DNA from: Macrostomum lignano | Taxonomy: Eukaryota | NCBI GenBank assembly: GCA_002269645.1 | Contig: NIVC01000006.1 | Coordinates: forward strand, 620,001-684,000 | Direction: 5' to 3' | Length of the DNA: 64,000 nt | Shown: positions 18,058-31,700 of the stretch, one piece after another | Position numbering within the stretch: position 1 is the stretch's first letter | How the letters are laid out: each line of letters starts with the position of its first letter | Notes under the pieces: model-generated | Databases searched by the model: none | What the model was told of the DNA's origin: nothing | What the model saw: only the letters and a program-made list of their open reading frames with translations | Translations under genes and position numbers: made by a program

Positions 18058-20867
18058 TCAGCAGAATCCGTGCAGCTCGGCGAACTCCTTCGGCGCCAGC
18101 TGGACTCCCGCCACGGCGAGGCAGAGAATCCTGCCAGTCAGGCTGAAGCTCCGATCGCTGGTGAACCCGATGCGAAACTCCGACACTTGGATTGAAGACG
18201 GCGAGATGTCAGAGGAGTTCACGGCGGGATGACGGCTGCCGTTGATGTACATCTGATAATCGGAGCTCCCGAAGCTGAAGCCAACGCTGCCATAGAAACC
18301 GTGCGTCCATGGTAGAACGTCGGATTTGAAAGATTTTTGGCGAGACTGCGACACAGAGTAGATGGGGTGAGTCACCACCAGGCTGCCTGATATCTGCATG
18401 GGGCCGTTTTTATTGTGGATCAGTTTAACTACAGATCACCGCTCACTCCACTGTGCTGCAACCCCTGCACACCCCAATGTCTCTCAGTGTGCTGCAACCC
18501 CTGCACACCCCAATGTCACTCAGTGTTCTGCAACCCCTGCACACCCCAATGTCACTCAGTGTTCTGCAACCCCTGCACACCCCAATGTCACTCAGTGTGC
18601 TGCAACCCCTGCACACCCCAATGTCACTCAGTGTGCTGCAACCCCTGCACACCCCAATGTCTCTCAGAGTGCTGCAACCCCTGCACTCCCCATTGTCACT
18701 CAGTGTTCTGCAACCCCTGCACACCCCAATGTCACTCAGTGTTCTGCAACCCCTGCACACCCCAATGTCTCTCAGTGTACTGCAACCCCTGCACACCCCA
18801 ATGTCTCTCAGAGTGCTGCAACCCCTGCACTCCCCATTGTCACTCAGTGTGCTGCAACCCTGCACATCCCATTGTCACTCAGTGTGCTGCAACCCTGCAC
18901 ACCCCAATGTCACTCAGTGTGCTGCAACCCTGCACACCCCAATGTCACTCAGTGTGCTGCAACCCCTGCACACCCCAATGTCACTCAGTGTTCTGCAACC
19001 CCTGCACACCCCAATTTCTCTCAGTGTACTGCAACCCCTGCACACCCCAATGTCTCTCAGAGTGCTGCAACCCCTGCACACCCCATTGTCACTCAGTGTG
19101 CTGCAACCCCTGCACACCCCAATGTCACTCAGTGTGCTGCAACCCCTGCACACCCCAATGTCACTCAGTGTGCTGCAACCCCTGCACACCCCAATGTCAC
19201 TCAGTGTGCTGCAACCCTGCACATCCCATTGTCACTCAGTGTACTGCAACCCCTGCACACCCCAATGTCTCTCAGTGTACTGCAACCCCTGCACACCCCA
19301 ATGTCTCTCAGAGTGCTGCAACCCCTGCACTCCCCATTGTCACTCAGTGTGCTGCAACCCTGCACATCCCATTGTCACTCAGTGTGCTGCAACCCTGCAC
19401 ACCCCAATGTCACTCAGTGTGCTGCAACCCTGCACACCCCAATGTCACTCAGTGTGCTGCAACCCCTGCACACCCCAATGTCACTCAGTGTTCTGCAACC
19501 CCTGCACACCCCAATTTCTCTCAGTGTACTGCAACCCTGCACACCCCAATGTCTCTCAGAGTGCTGCAACCCCTGCACACCCCAATGTCACTCAGTGTAC
19601 TGCAACCCCTGCACACCCCAATGTCTCTCAGAGTGCTGCAACCCCTGCACTCCCCATTGTCACTCAGTGTGCTGCAACCCTGCACACCCCATTGTCACTC
19701 AGTGTGCTGCAACCCCTGCACACCCCATTGTCACTCAGTGTTCTGCAACCCCTGCACACCCCAATGTCACTCAGTGTGCTGCAACCCCTGCACTCAAACG
19801 TCTAGATCTCACCCAGAGCATACCTGATACATGATAAACCTTTCGATAGCAGTCAAACTGTCGTAAGCCACCAGAAAATCGGAGTCTTCACTGCCGGCCA
19901 ATTTCTGCAGTTTAAGCAGCACGGAAATGGCGCCGCCATTTGCCAGCAGAGACGCCAGATTGCCGCCAGGAATGGCGATGCGGATGTAGGTGCCGTAGCC
20001 GCCGCTGCTGCTACTTAGGTCCGGTTGAACAAACAGCCCGCTGGAGTTCCTGACGGCTCCGATTGACTCCACCTTGCCAATTGGTGATAAACTGCTATCG
20101 AATTTCATGCAGTAAAGGTCAGACTTACCTACTCTATCTATACAGAAAAGTCTCAAAACTACGCCACCAGTATGGACCTCGTCTTGTTCATTTAATCTAC
20201 ACAAATCTTGAGCAGTACATTATTAGCCTTGCATTAGCTGAGGAATCAGCCTAAGGGTTGGACACAAATTTGAGGGCAGGACACGTCTCAAGGCCGGCTG
20301 GAGTCGCCGAAACGGTAGGTTGCCTGCAGTGTTAGAAACAACAGCACCTCCTGCACCAGCTTGGGGACAGTGCGACTCTCGGGGAGGTGACCCAGCTGGA
20401 GTCGCCGACAGCGTAAAGGGTGTACAATAATCAGCAAAGGTGCACACACTCACCTGAAAGCTGCTCCGGTTGACCAGATTCCCGAAGCCGTACCGATAGC
20501 AGTGCAGCAGCAGCAGCTTGGCTGCCAGCTCCGGCCGAGGCCTGGGAACTCGCAGATAGGCGGTCGAATTGCAGCTTCCTCCTCCATCGGTGCTCGTCCA
20601 GGACTCAATCCAGCGCTGTTCGGTGGCCAGCAGGCACTCCCCAGTCTTGAAGGCCACCGCTGAGCAGTTGTCGCTGGCGGCGCACTCCACATGACAGGTT
20701 CGAACCGAGGAAATGCCGCCTGATAGCTTCCGAACCTGGTCAGCGGACCCAGCCGTCGTCCACTCGGAGCTCGCCGGGCAGAGGTCGGGAGCCGAACCGA
20801 ACTCGTAGCTTTTGATGGCGCCTGCCAAAGCAACGGTCCAGCTTGCGAGGGCCAGGCTTAGCAACAT
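18058..20867 (-). CDS. Multi-exon secreted protein: signal peptide + PAN/Apple domain + ConA-like/LamG domain (middle exons unresolved; possibly disrupted)
   Basis: Exon 20867-20454: hydrophobic leader, then C..EC....CSAVAF..GEC (PAN), ending at a CAG|GTGAGT donor. An exon ending at 19824 (CAG|GTATGC) joins in phase 0 to exon 18393-18058 (PWTH...YQMYING...FRIG...LTGRI..LAV..VQL..KE..EL, LamG-like). The simplest acceptor at 20323 runs into TGA at 20290-20288. Confidence 0.6.
18445..19795. repeat. 36-bp minisatellite (CTGCAACCCCTGCACACCCCAATGTCACTCAGTGTG), ~37 copies, some of 35 bp; fills the intron 18394-19823
   Basis: Direct tandem repetition; the 12-aa periodicity of the overlapping ORFs matches the unit length. 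Confidence 0.95.
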
Positions 20868-21174
20868 AGTTTATCCGAATGTCTCCTTTGCAAAGCTCAG
20901 AATTTCGTTGTCTGTAGGCAAATTTGATGCTTTTGGATGAAAATCTCTCTTTGGGTTTTGTGTGTTTGTTAATAACAATACCTACTACAGAATCTGTTGT
21001 CCTTGGTTACCAATCCTATCCAATCATCTGCGCATTGGGAAGGGATGGAGAAGGGAGAAAGGGGAGAGAGATTAAAGGAAGACTGAGTTAAAGTACTTTC
21101 GTTTGGAAGAGTTTATTACAATTCTTGCGAGCAATATCATTTCTAAGAATTTTTTCTTTTTGGAGTGTTGAAAT

Positions 21175-22060
21175 ACCATCCCTAGGTATACATGTAGCAT
21201 CTCTAGGTATAAAATCTCCAGGTAAAAGATCTCTAGGTAAAATAAGATCTCCAGGTATAAGATCTCCAGGTATAAGATCTCTAGGTATAAGGTCTCCAGG
21301 TATAAGATCTCTAGGAATAAGGTCTCTAGGTATAAGGTCTCCAGGTATAAGATCTCCAGGTATAAGATCTCCAGGTATAAGATCTCTAGGTATAAGGTCT
21401 CCAGGTATAAGATCTCCAGGTATAAGATCTCCAGGTATAATATCTCCAGGTATAAGATCTCCAGTTATAAGATCTCCAAGTATAAGATCTCTAGGTATAA
21501 GGTCTCCAGGTATAAGATCTCCAGGTATAAGATCTCTAGGTATAAGGTCTCCAGGTATAAGATCTCCAGGTATAAGATCTCCAGGTATAAGATCTCCAGG
21601 TATAAGATCTCTAAGTATAAGATCTCTAGGTATAAGGTCTCCAGGTATAAGATCTCCAGGTATAAGATCTCTAGGAATAAGGTCTCTAGGTATAAGATCT
21701 CCAGGTATAAGATCTCCAGGTATAAGATCTCCAGGTAAAAGATCTCTAGGTAAAATAAGATCTCCAGGTATAAGATCTCCAGGTATAAGATCTCCAAGTA
21801 TAAGATCTCCAGGTATAATATCTCTAGGTATAAGATCTCCAGGTATAAGATCTCCAGGTATAAGATCTCCAAGTATAAGATCTCTAGGTATAAGGTCTCC
21901 AGGTATAAGATCTCCAGGTATAAGATCTCCAGGTATAAGATCTCCAGGTATAAGATCTCTAGGCAAGATATCCAGGTTTAAGATCTGTAGGAATAAGATC
22001 TCCATGTACAAGATCTCTAAGTATAGGATCTCTAGGCAAGATTTCTAAGTGTAAAACCTC
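21175..22060. repeat. 15-bp minisatellite (CCAGGTATAAGATCT)n, >50 copies
   Basis: Direct tandem repetition with CCAGG/CTAGG and GATCT/GGTCT variants. Confidence 0.95.
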
Positions 22061-22745
22061 TAGGTACATATCAATAGTACTATTTGCAAAAAAGCAATGC
22101 TCAAGCAAGACTCAGATTTAATTCTTAGGAATAGTAATACCTTTAGCAATATTGAAAGTGTCTTTTTTCTAAGACCAAGCACTCGGCCGCTTGTCAGAGA
22201 AGTCATTATACAATTTCTTTTGACACACAAAATGCCGAACTTTCTTCCCTGGAGCACAATTTCTTTATGTTGAAAATGCAATTCCGAGTGCTTTAATTAG
22301 AAATCTGATTGACTTGGGTCGATTGGTTAAAACCTGCAAAGGACCTTGTTGTACCTCGAAAAAACTTCAATGCGTAGGTGGGAACAAATAAGGAAGAATG
22401 CTTTATGCCTGAGAAATCTTGAATGCCACAGGCGCATGTCAATATTCTCTTTCTAGTAAGAAAGTCGCACAAGTGGCTGATAGTCGTTACAGATGGCTAC
22501 TCATGCGAATCTGCAATGCTGCTGTGGTAAAACAATGGAAAACTGGCACTGAAAATGCACTTGCATTTCTAATATGCGCGTCACTCAATGCTCAATGCTT
22601 TCTGATTCTATTGAATAGGAGCTCATTCTATTGTGTCTTGCTTCCTTATCTGTTTACGAGTACCCTTTTGAAGCTGCGAGACAGCTGGCTTCTGCAAGAC
22701 TTTTGCATACCTGTACTCGTACCTCTGCCCACTGCCACTTCCAGT

Positions 22746-25700
22746 ATTCCATATTTCATCTATTCCCAGTTGACTCACAATCTCACTCAATTTCAATTCC
22801 CATCTCACTCAATTTCCATTCCCATCTCACTCACTTTCTATTCCCATCTCACTCACTTTCAATTTCCATCTCACTCAATTTCCATTCCCATCTCACTCAC
22901 TTTCCATTCCCATCTCACTTACTTTCCATTCCCATCTCACTCAATTTCTATTCCCATCTCACTCACTTTCAATTTCCATCTCACTCAATTTCCATTCCCA
23001 TCTCACTCACTTTCCATTCCCATCTCACTTACTTTCCATTCCCATCTCACTCAATTTCTATTCCCATCTCACTCACTTTCCATTCCCATCTCACTCAATT
23101 TCCATTCCCATCTCACTCAATTTCCATTCCCATCTCACTCAATTTCCATTCCCATCTCACTCAATTTCCATTCCCATCTCACTTACTTTCCATTCCCATC
23201 TCACTCACTTTCCGCTCTTATCTCCCACTCCCCATCTCCCACTTCCCACGCCCTCACTGGTCATTCAAGAACGCAAATACTACATAACTGAAACTAGCGA
23301 TTGAAACGCTATTAAGCAATTTTTAGCGATTTCTGAATACAAAAAGTTAATAAAAGCAAAAGTTAAAAGCTTCTTCTTCGTAAAATATGCCTTTCTTCTA
23401 CAATGCCAACGGGGATCTCATGCAAACACCAAAGCTTTGTGGGTTTTAATCGGTTTGCAGGTCTGTAAATATACTTACTGTTTTTCTGCTTCTTGTACTT
23501 ATTTTTGTATCGCGAATGCCATTCGCCCGCGCCCTGCATTTCCTTCATGCATAGCATCTATTCCCATCTTTTTTGGCTACAAATCACCCATCCACCATGT
23601 CTAATCTCCGATCTCCCACGTCTAATCTCAAATCTCGCATATCTAATCTAAGATCATCCACGTCTAATCTCAAATTGCTATGTCTAATCTCCGATCTACT
23701 ATATCTAATCTACGATCTACCATATCTAAACTCCAATCTCCCAAATATAATGTCTAATCTTCCATATTTAAACTCAGATCTCTCATAGCTAATCTTCGAC
23801 CTTTTATATGAAATCTCCGATCTCCCTGGTCTACAATCTAATCTCACTTATCTCACTCTTGAGATCTCGTGCAATCTTCACTTCTCTCAATCTTCAACAC
23901 CAGCCTACTCATTTCGCATATCCTCTGTATTTTTCCTGTTCTCTTGGGTGAGGTCTATTTTTGTGAGCAAGTGAATGCTGGAAACTGCGCTCAAACAAAC
24001 GCCCACAGTTCGGATCAATGTAAACATCAGGTAAATTTAAACTTGCTCAGAGCAAACACTGAAGGCTACGCGCCAGCACCTGGCACATTTTTTCTCGCGA
24101 TTAACGTGTTAGTGGAAACTCAAATTACAAATGTCAGGACGAAATTTATTAAGGTGAGTTGGCAATAATTTGATAAATATTGCAAGGAACTAACCTAGAT
24201 ATTTAGTTCTCTTACCCCCGATGACTCATGTGATGACTCATTTCCTATTAATTTTTCACCCACATGAATCGCTGCACTATTGTAGGGGTTCACTGAAGTG
24301 CGATGCACTCAACGAACTCTTGATCCTTCAAGCTACGAGTACATTCCGACGTTGGATTGCTTTACGAGCTTCCCCCCCCAATCACGTGACCTCTCATTAT
24401 GCGCACGCATCTTGATTTTATTAGCCAATCACAGTTTGCGCCGGTCAAGGCGCATCAAGGCCTCTGTGTTCACGCATTGCACGAATGCAGTTTTCCACTC
24501 TTTCTGACCCCCGGCCCACTCCATCCACAGCAGAAAGCCGTGCATAACGTATACTTTAAGTAGCTTACATGCAAAAAAGATGAGGGCTTTTAAAAAAGAG
24601 GAAATAAAGTAACAATTTTAATGGAACATTCAATTTCAATAAACTAGCGATATACTTTTCTATCTGCCTGTGAGATTCAGGGATATTTTAAACAAATATT
24701 GATCGAACACGGACAGATGAAGTAGAAGGATGCTAAAATCGATTTTGTAAAAAAATTATCGAGCTGGATGGAGGCAGGTAAGGAAACGGTGTATTTGTAG
24801 TATCGCTGACACATTTAGTACACTCAAGAGAAATCGAACCCCTACTTAGCGCTATGCATTCTAACCAGCGATATTTTGAATACTAAAAAATTTGGCGCGT
24901 TTATTTTGAAGAAAAATACTTGGCAAGTTTTGGTAATGGCAATTTTCTGCGAAAATTTACATAACAAACAGCCAATGCAAGCGTATAGAAACTGGTTAAG
25001 TTCATATCTACGCTTGTAAGTGGTTGCTAATGAAAAGAAAATATCAACTATGAATTCTATAGAATTTTTTATCAGTTCGCGCATATAGCTCAAATACAAG
25101 ACAAATTAAAAAAGTTTTAAAAAATCTCTGCCAACTATAGTTACTATCACTGCAACACTACTATCCTACAGTAGCATAAATAGAGTGTTACAATCTCTTT
25201 TTGTTGAGAAAATAAAGAAATGTAGTAAGTTAAAGTAGTGGATAGCGGTTTCAGCGAAAGGTTTATATATAGAATTAAGAATACCATCACACGTTTGTTT
25301 ATCAAAATAAACTTCAAAGATCTGAGTGAAAAACTGAGACAATCTCTGAGTTCAATTAGTCTGAATATTTTATGAAGCTGCAGATATTACATAAGCATCA
25401 CTCACAATGCGATTTGATTGTTTTGTATTCTAGATTACATAGGCAATGACTTTGTCAGAACTTTCGTGTCTATACTATTTAATATATATTATTTTGAAAT
25501 TGAAATTCTGTCTTAGAATCATTTCATTTAAACAAAAATGATGTGTAGTTTCCTGCTTCGGTACAATTTTTACTGGCAGAGCTGAATAACAGGCGCCTTT
25601 CTTTACTCTATTGAAGTTAGTTTAGTCTGTCTTGTCAGTCTACAAGCTGAGTATACTAGTATGAACATTTATTTAGTAACTATGGCTGCAAATCACCATT

Positions 25701-28700
25701 ATCGAGATCACATTGATGTACTTTTAGTTTGGACTTATCACGTCAACGTCAGGCTGCATTCTGCCGCATGCCCAAAGTCGGATACTTCAGCGGCCTTCGG
25801 ATGGTCAGCTCGCAGCAGGGCACCTGTTGTCCATTGCTCCGATCGAGCACCCTGTTGATCACTCGGGGCACAACGGCGGTGAACTCTTCGCGATCCTGAT
25901 TGAAATCATCAGCCACCACTGAGCACAACTGCTGCGTGAACAAGCCGCCACTTTCCGGGTGTCGGCCGCTCAATCGTCCAGGCGATGTGCTATAAAAGTA
26001 CATGCAGTCTTCCAAAGACACCTGATTGACCTGTTGAAACAGGCGGTGATTTGCTGGCGCGTCGCGGCAGGATTGAATAAAAAACAACTTTGGTTTGTCC
26101 TTCAGCTGCTGGCAGAGCTGGAACTTTGAGTAGATAAGCTGGAGAGCCACTTGTCTTCCATCGTGAGAGTAGATAAAATCGTGACCGCCGTGGCTCATGA
26201 GGCACACAATGATGGCTTTGGAGTTTCTCAGCTCCTCTTCCGAGCAGATATTGGCAGGCAGGTGGTCGAAAAAGTGCGCGTTAACGTTTTGTACCTGCCT
26301 GCAGTCGAAGCCGAGGGAGGTAAAGCAGTGGTAAAGCGCGTTTTCGGCCATATCCGCCATGGAGCCCAGGCGTCGCGGCAGGTCCAGCCCAACGAAATCG
26401 TAGATGTTGATCACCAGAGCGATGCCCCGGTGGATGCCGTCCATGGGGTATGGCCCGGCTCTACTGGAGTCTTCCTGACCCCCAGTGGATTCGTTCGGTT
26501 CGCCGCCGCCCGTGGCGCCCTCTTCTTCTCGACCGCTTCCTCCGGGTCCGGAGCCCGAGGGGGGTGGCGGCTGGTCGCCGTTGCCTTGTTCGTCTTGTTC
26601 CATTGTGACGCCTTGACTCGACAGATTGGCTAGGCGCCGAATTCTGCAGTGAGGCGGTAAGTGAATGTGCGCTTGGTTATCGTGTCAGAATAGGTGACTT
26701 CACAAGGGTTGCTCAGGAGCCCTGGTACCATTCCCCTTCTTTCAGAAACGTACGACGTTACAATTTCTGCATCTCCTTTCCCAGCATGATTGTTTGTTTA
26801 CGAAAAAATTGTGCACAGCTGGAGCATCTTGTGCGGGTTAGTTTTGGTTGAACACTAAGAAGTAACGTGCGATAATCGATGCGAAATACCTTGTTCGTAT
26901 TACTCGTAACACCAAGTACTCGTATTTAAAACACGATTTTTTAAAGCGTCTTGGTGGTCGATGAACGTTAAATGTTTGCGCTGAAACTTTAACCAATCAA
27001 ACTTACAATTTCTCTAAAACCGTAGCGCACTCGTAGTGCTCGCAGAACTTCGCCCACTGCTGAGCGTTCATCTTCCGCTCGCCTTCCCTCCTCCAGAAGT
27101 CCAGCTCGTCTGGTTTGTTTAGCCGCTGTCCCAGCTCAAGGAGAACGCTTTTGTGACCGCATCGAGCGGCCCAGATCAGAGGGGTGTTGCCGGAAAAGTC
27201 TGCCAGCTTTAAATTGGCACCCAGTTTGCACAGTTCGCGAGCTGTCAACTCCAATCCCAGCTTTGCGGCGTACAGGATTGCCGAGTATCGCATCGCATCC
27301 TGCAATGAATTTCGTACTATCATTTTAAAGGGTTAGCTTGTGAAATCAGAGTCCGAAACTATCTTCTTTAAAATGGGCTCCCTGTGTATTTTTGGACGTC
27401 TAAGGCTGTATCCATCATAGGGACGTTTTCGAAGTTGGAGCAGGTACGGGTATCTTGGTGCATTACTATTCAGTGTGATTTCATAGCACGATTGAACTAC
27501 CTTTTGTACTACACTCTGTGTTGTCAATCTCAGTTATGTCAGCTTGATCGCGGCACAATGAAGATGAGGCCAATAAGTAAATTACTTCAAAGTTCGTCAT
27601 CCGATCAAAGAGTCCTTCCAGCTCTTTCCATCTTGTCAGAAATCTCAAAAGACATGTTTGTTCGGACTGACTGACAAAAGCGTTCGATTAGAGTTTAGAG
27701 GACTAAAACCACCATTTGTATCGATTTAAATACACGGGAACTGCTTTCGCCTTTCTGCCTCTGACGATAATATGAGTACATTAAACTCATTTGTGTTACA
27801 GTAAATCAATAATTTTCTCAGTAAAGAAACTCATACCTGACGATTAATATCTGCTCCCATATTGACGAGCGGCTCCAGAACGTCTGTGCGGTTATTTTTG
27901 GCCGCAAGAATCAGTGGCGTCTGACGTAGATTGTCCTCGGCATTGATTTCCGCCTTCAAAGCGCTCTCGTTACTTTTAAAAGCCTCGCTAAACGCCGCCA
28001 GTACACTCTTGTGTCCCTTGACGGCAGCCCAGCACAGGGCGGTCCGGCCCTGCACATCTTTTTCACCGATCTCCAAGGATTTTTTGAGCATCTCGCTGAC
28101 GATCTCGTCCTTGCCTTTGATGCACGCAATCATCAGCGGAGTTTGTCTCATTGGCCCGAAAGTTTGTTTGCACTTTTCCGGAGTGTCGCTTTGCTTCGGA
28201 GCTGCTGGTCCGTCCACTGGTCCGGCGATGCCGGTCTGAAATTGGTTAATAGTTAGCCTGTCTTGAGAATTCTGTAAGTTTTTTAACTCACTTCCAGTCA
28301 CCAAACACGAACTACATGCAGCATGCAATACGCAAACCATGCAAATCATGCAAACCATGATTGGAAGATGCATGAACATGCACTTACAGAGATTCCTCAG
28401 TGGAGCCGCCGTCTAGGAAAAACTTCTTAGTCAGGCTGGTCACGGCTGACGCACCGGAGCCGAATCGCTCAGTTCCCTTCTTCATCTCCGCCAGGCTCAA
28501 GCGTCTGTTCACCTCTGCCACCACGGTCTCAATGTGCTCCTTGCTGAACTTCTCATCGCGAATGACGGAGCAAACTGTATCCGAAAGTGACCCGGTGCTG
28601 CCGCCACTGCACAGAAGAAATTCGTGCTCAGGCAGACGGAACGAGGACTCCTCCAGTGAGCAGGCCTCAAGGCCCTCCGGCTGCTTCTCTGCTTGAATGA

Positions 28701-31700
28701 AGAAGATCTTCGGCTTGTCCTTCAGACCGGGGCACTGGCTGGCTCGAAATCGGGCCACGATGTCTCTGACTTCGATTTCTTCTCCGTCGCTGGCAAAGAC
28801 GCTGCCACCAGTGCCGTGTCCGATGAGGAAGCACACGAAGCTGCTTATGTCAGCGAGATCCTGCGAAGTTACCACATTGTCAATGCATCTCCAAAAATCT
28901 GTACACCGAGGATTGTTGTACTTCTCAACAATAAAACTGAGTTTTTTGAAAGCATCCTCTATGTTTAGAGCCTTGTTTTCGAGATTTTTTGAGGGTGGAA
29001 ACGTCGAAGTGTCGCCGCATTGTTCCACGGTAATAATGAGGCACAACCCCTTTTCTCGAGTCGCCATCTCAAAAGTGTCGCTAGTAGACGACCTGTTTGG
29101 GGTTAGAAAAAGCAACCTGTTTGTATTGCAGGGTGATTTGCAGATAAATTAACTTTATTTGACACTCACGATGCGTCGGGCATCAGAGCAAGTTTTGCTC
29201 CGTCTTGTGGACTTTCTGTAGGTGTGCTTGGTTCGGATGGACCCGCAATGGCTGAAAGTTTAGGGGTACCGAGTATTTAGGACATTAGTTCATAAGTTGC
29301 TCTAATTATGCTCGATAACTCTAATTTATCAATCAAGCCTGGGTTAGTATATAGTGGCTTACCCCGTCCGTGAAGAAGAAACGGGTGTTTAAGAAGTTCA
29401 GTAGCCGACTTCCTTTGATCTCTTTTCTGAGCGGTGCAGTTTCGGTAGAAGTCCTTTAAAGTGTTCGGGCAATTGTCGGGCAGGGGTGGTGCTCCCTGGT
29501 TTTTAACCCTGCGAACGATGGCTAGCATGTTCTTGCAGTCCCGGTGAGGCCGGTCTCCAGTCACCATCTGGTAAATCACGCAGCCGAACGCCCAGATGTC
29601 GGAGGTGCAGCTGTACGGAGTGTCTTCCGTTCCCTCCGTCAGAAACAGCTCGGGCGCCATGAACGCTGGGTCGCCCTTTGGATTTCCAGTCACGTGATCA
29701 GAGGCCGACTCGACGAGTTGAACTGCCAAACCGAAGTCGATTAGCTTAATATTTCGGTTATCTTCTAACACCATGATTGTGCGACAGTTCACGTCTCTGT
29801 GAATAATTATCCTTGGACTCATTGTGTGAAGGTAAGATAGGGCGCTACAGATCTGGAAGGTAAAATTAAAAAACTTGAATCTGAGTTCAGTTCTTGAGTA
29901 GTTTTTTTTTTTAAATATTTATCTTACCTGTTTTGCAAGCTGTGATACAGTGCCGTAGTCTAGCGGCTTGCATCTGTTGATGAAGCTCTCCAGTGTTTGG
30001 CCATCAATCAGCTCCATCGAGACCAAAACGGACGGCTCGGCTGTCACAAGCGACATGTCCAGAAACCGGACAATATTTTCATGTTCCAACTTACAAAGAC
30101 GCTTCTCATCATTGAAAATTTCTTTTAGCTTTCCAGGCATCCCCTGCTGCTGGTCCTCGCCCAGCTGTACAGGCAGTCGGATGACCTTCGCTGCCCGACG
30201 CTCGGTGCCCTGCTTCTCCATGATTTCCAGCACATCGCTGTGCGCGCCTCGGGCTATGTGTCGACTCTTAATCCAGCCAGGAAAAATTTCGGTCTCCTCG
30301 GTACTGAAAATCAATATTGTGAATTTTGCACCATCTCGAAGATACAATGCCAATCTTGTTACTAAGGCTGCCTCAGTGAGATTCACTCACGCGACTGATG
30401 ATTCAATATGATCCTCTTTAAATGATAATACCCCTATTGGGATCAATAAGTGGTCTGAGAATTACATGAAGTGAACTCCCTTTGCTATGTGCTAAACGGA
30501 GCGCATTTAGATGCCTACTACAGGAAATGCTAAACTGTAAGTGCAAATTTAATTTGCTCGCTAAAGGCAGGGTTTCCGATTGGAGAGAGAACACCGATCA
30601 AGCCGGTCAAAGATTGATTAAAAAAGTCCACAGTTCATTTAGAATTGATTTGAACAAAGTAGCAATTTGATCTGTGCAGCCACGGATGGCCAAGGAGACT
30701 TTGATAATCCTCCATCTAAAGTACAAGTTTGGAAACTATAAGCAACGAATTCACTGCTCAACTCTATTAGCTAATTCACTTACCAAAGCTGCATTTTGAC
30801 CAGATTACAGGACTGGGGTCTCCTCAGGTAGAATTCTATAAGCTTGGTCTTGACAACGAGAGCTTTGCAAGTAAATAGATTAAGTAGACTGCTGTCTAGT
30901 TAGAGAGAGGGTCCAAAATGGAGGGTAGAGGGAGGAGGGAGGGTGGCATGGAACACATTGGAGTAATGCACGGGGCGGGTGGCCAGTCCTCTCTACCCGC
31001 ATTTACCCTGCGCAGCACCAACCCCAGTGAGCGGCAGAAAGGCAGAAAACTGCATGCACAACTGTACAATACGGAAACAAGAGCTATATGTATAGCCTTT
31101 ATGGCGGATAGCAGAAAAAGCAAAAACTCTAAAGTACGTTTTTGTAATCGGGTCTGATATGGGTTCGGCTGAATTTGAAAAATGAAGACGAGATGAGAGC
31201 GACGCTACTAAAAGCGCTGCTGGTTTTGCAACGATATTGTAGCCTCTACGCCAAAGCACGTGACAACTGCTTTAGGGTATGAGAGCTCTTTAGTGCTGGA
31301 ATGTACGCCAAAGATATGGTACCTTGTTCAGACTTCTTTCCCTAGATGCACACTGTGTCAGACAGTGGTTAGGGCATGTGAATAAAAATGAATAATGTGA
31401 CAACCTCAAAATTGGGTTGCAGAAAATTACGCCAGTTTTCCAGCGTTAAGATTTGCCTAGTAGCGAAATCATTGCTGTAGGGCGATTAAATTAAACGAGA
31501 ACTCCCTGTCCATGGCCGAAGGTTCTGAGCCAGGGTAAGAAATAAAACCAAAATTAACGCTTTTATCGAACTGTTTAAGCCATGTAAAAGTATTATTAAT
31601 ACTTTCAGATTTCAAATTGACTTAAATATAACAAACTTGCTTTTGCTTGCGATTCATTTTGGGATGTTCTAGGAATCGCTTTTGCCGCCTCAAAAAGACT

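Noticed and set aside
18398-19834. Metallothionein/keratin-associated-like Cys-rich CDS and two overlapping long ORFs
   Set aside because: All three frames are open only because the 36-bp unit lacks stops, and the region lies in an intron of the opposite-strand gene.
21088-22048. 307-aa (IRSPG)n / (PGDLI)n repeat proteins
   Set aside because: Translations of a 15-bp minisatellite with no unique coding flanks.
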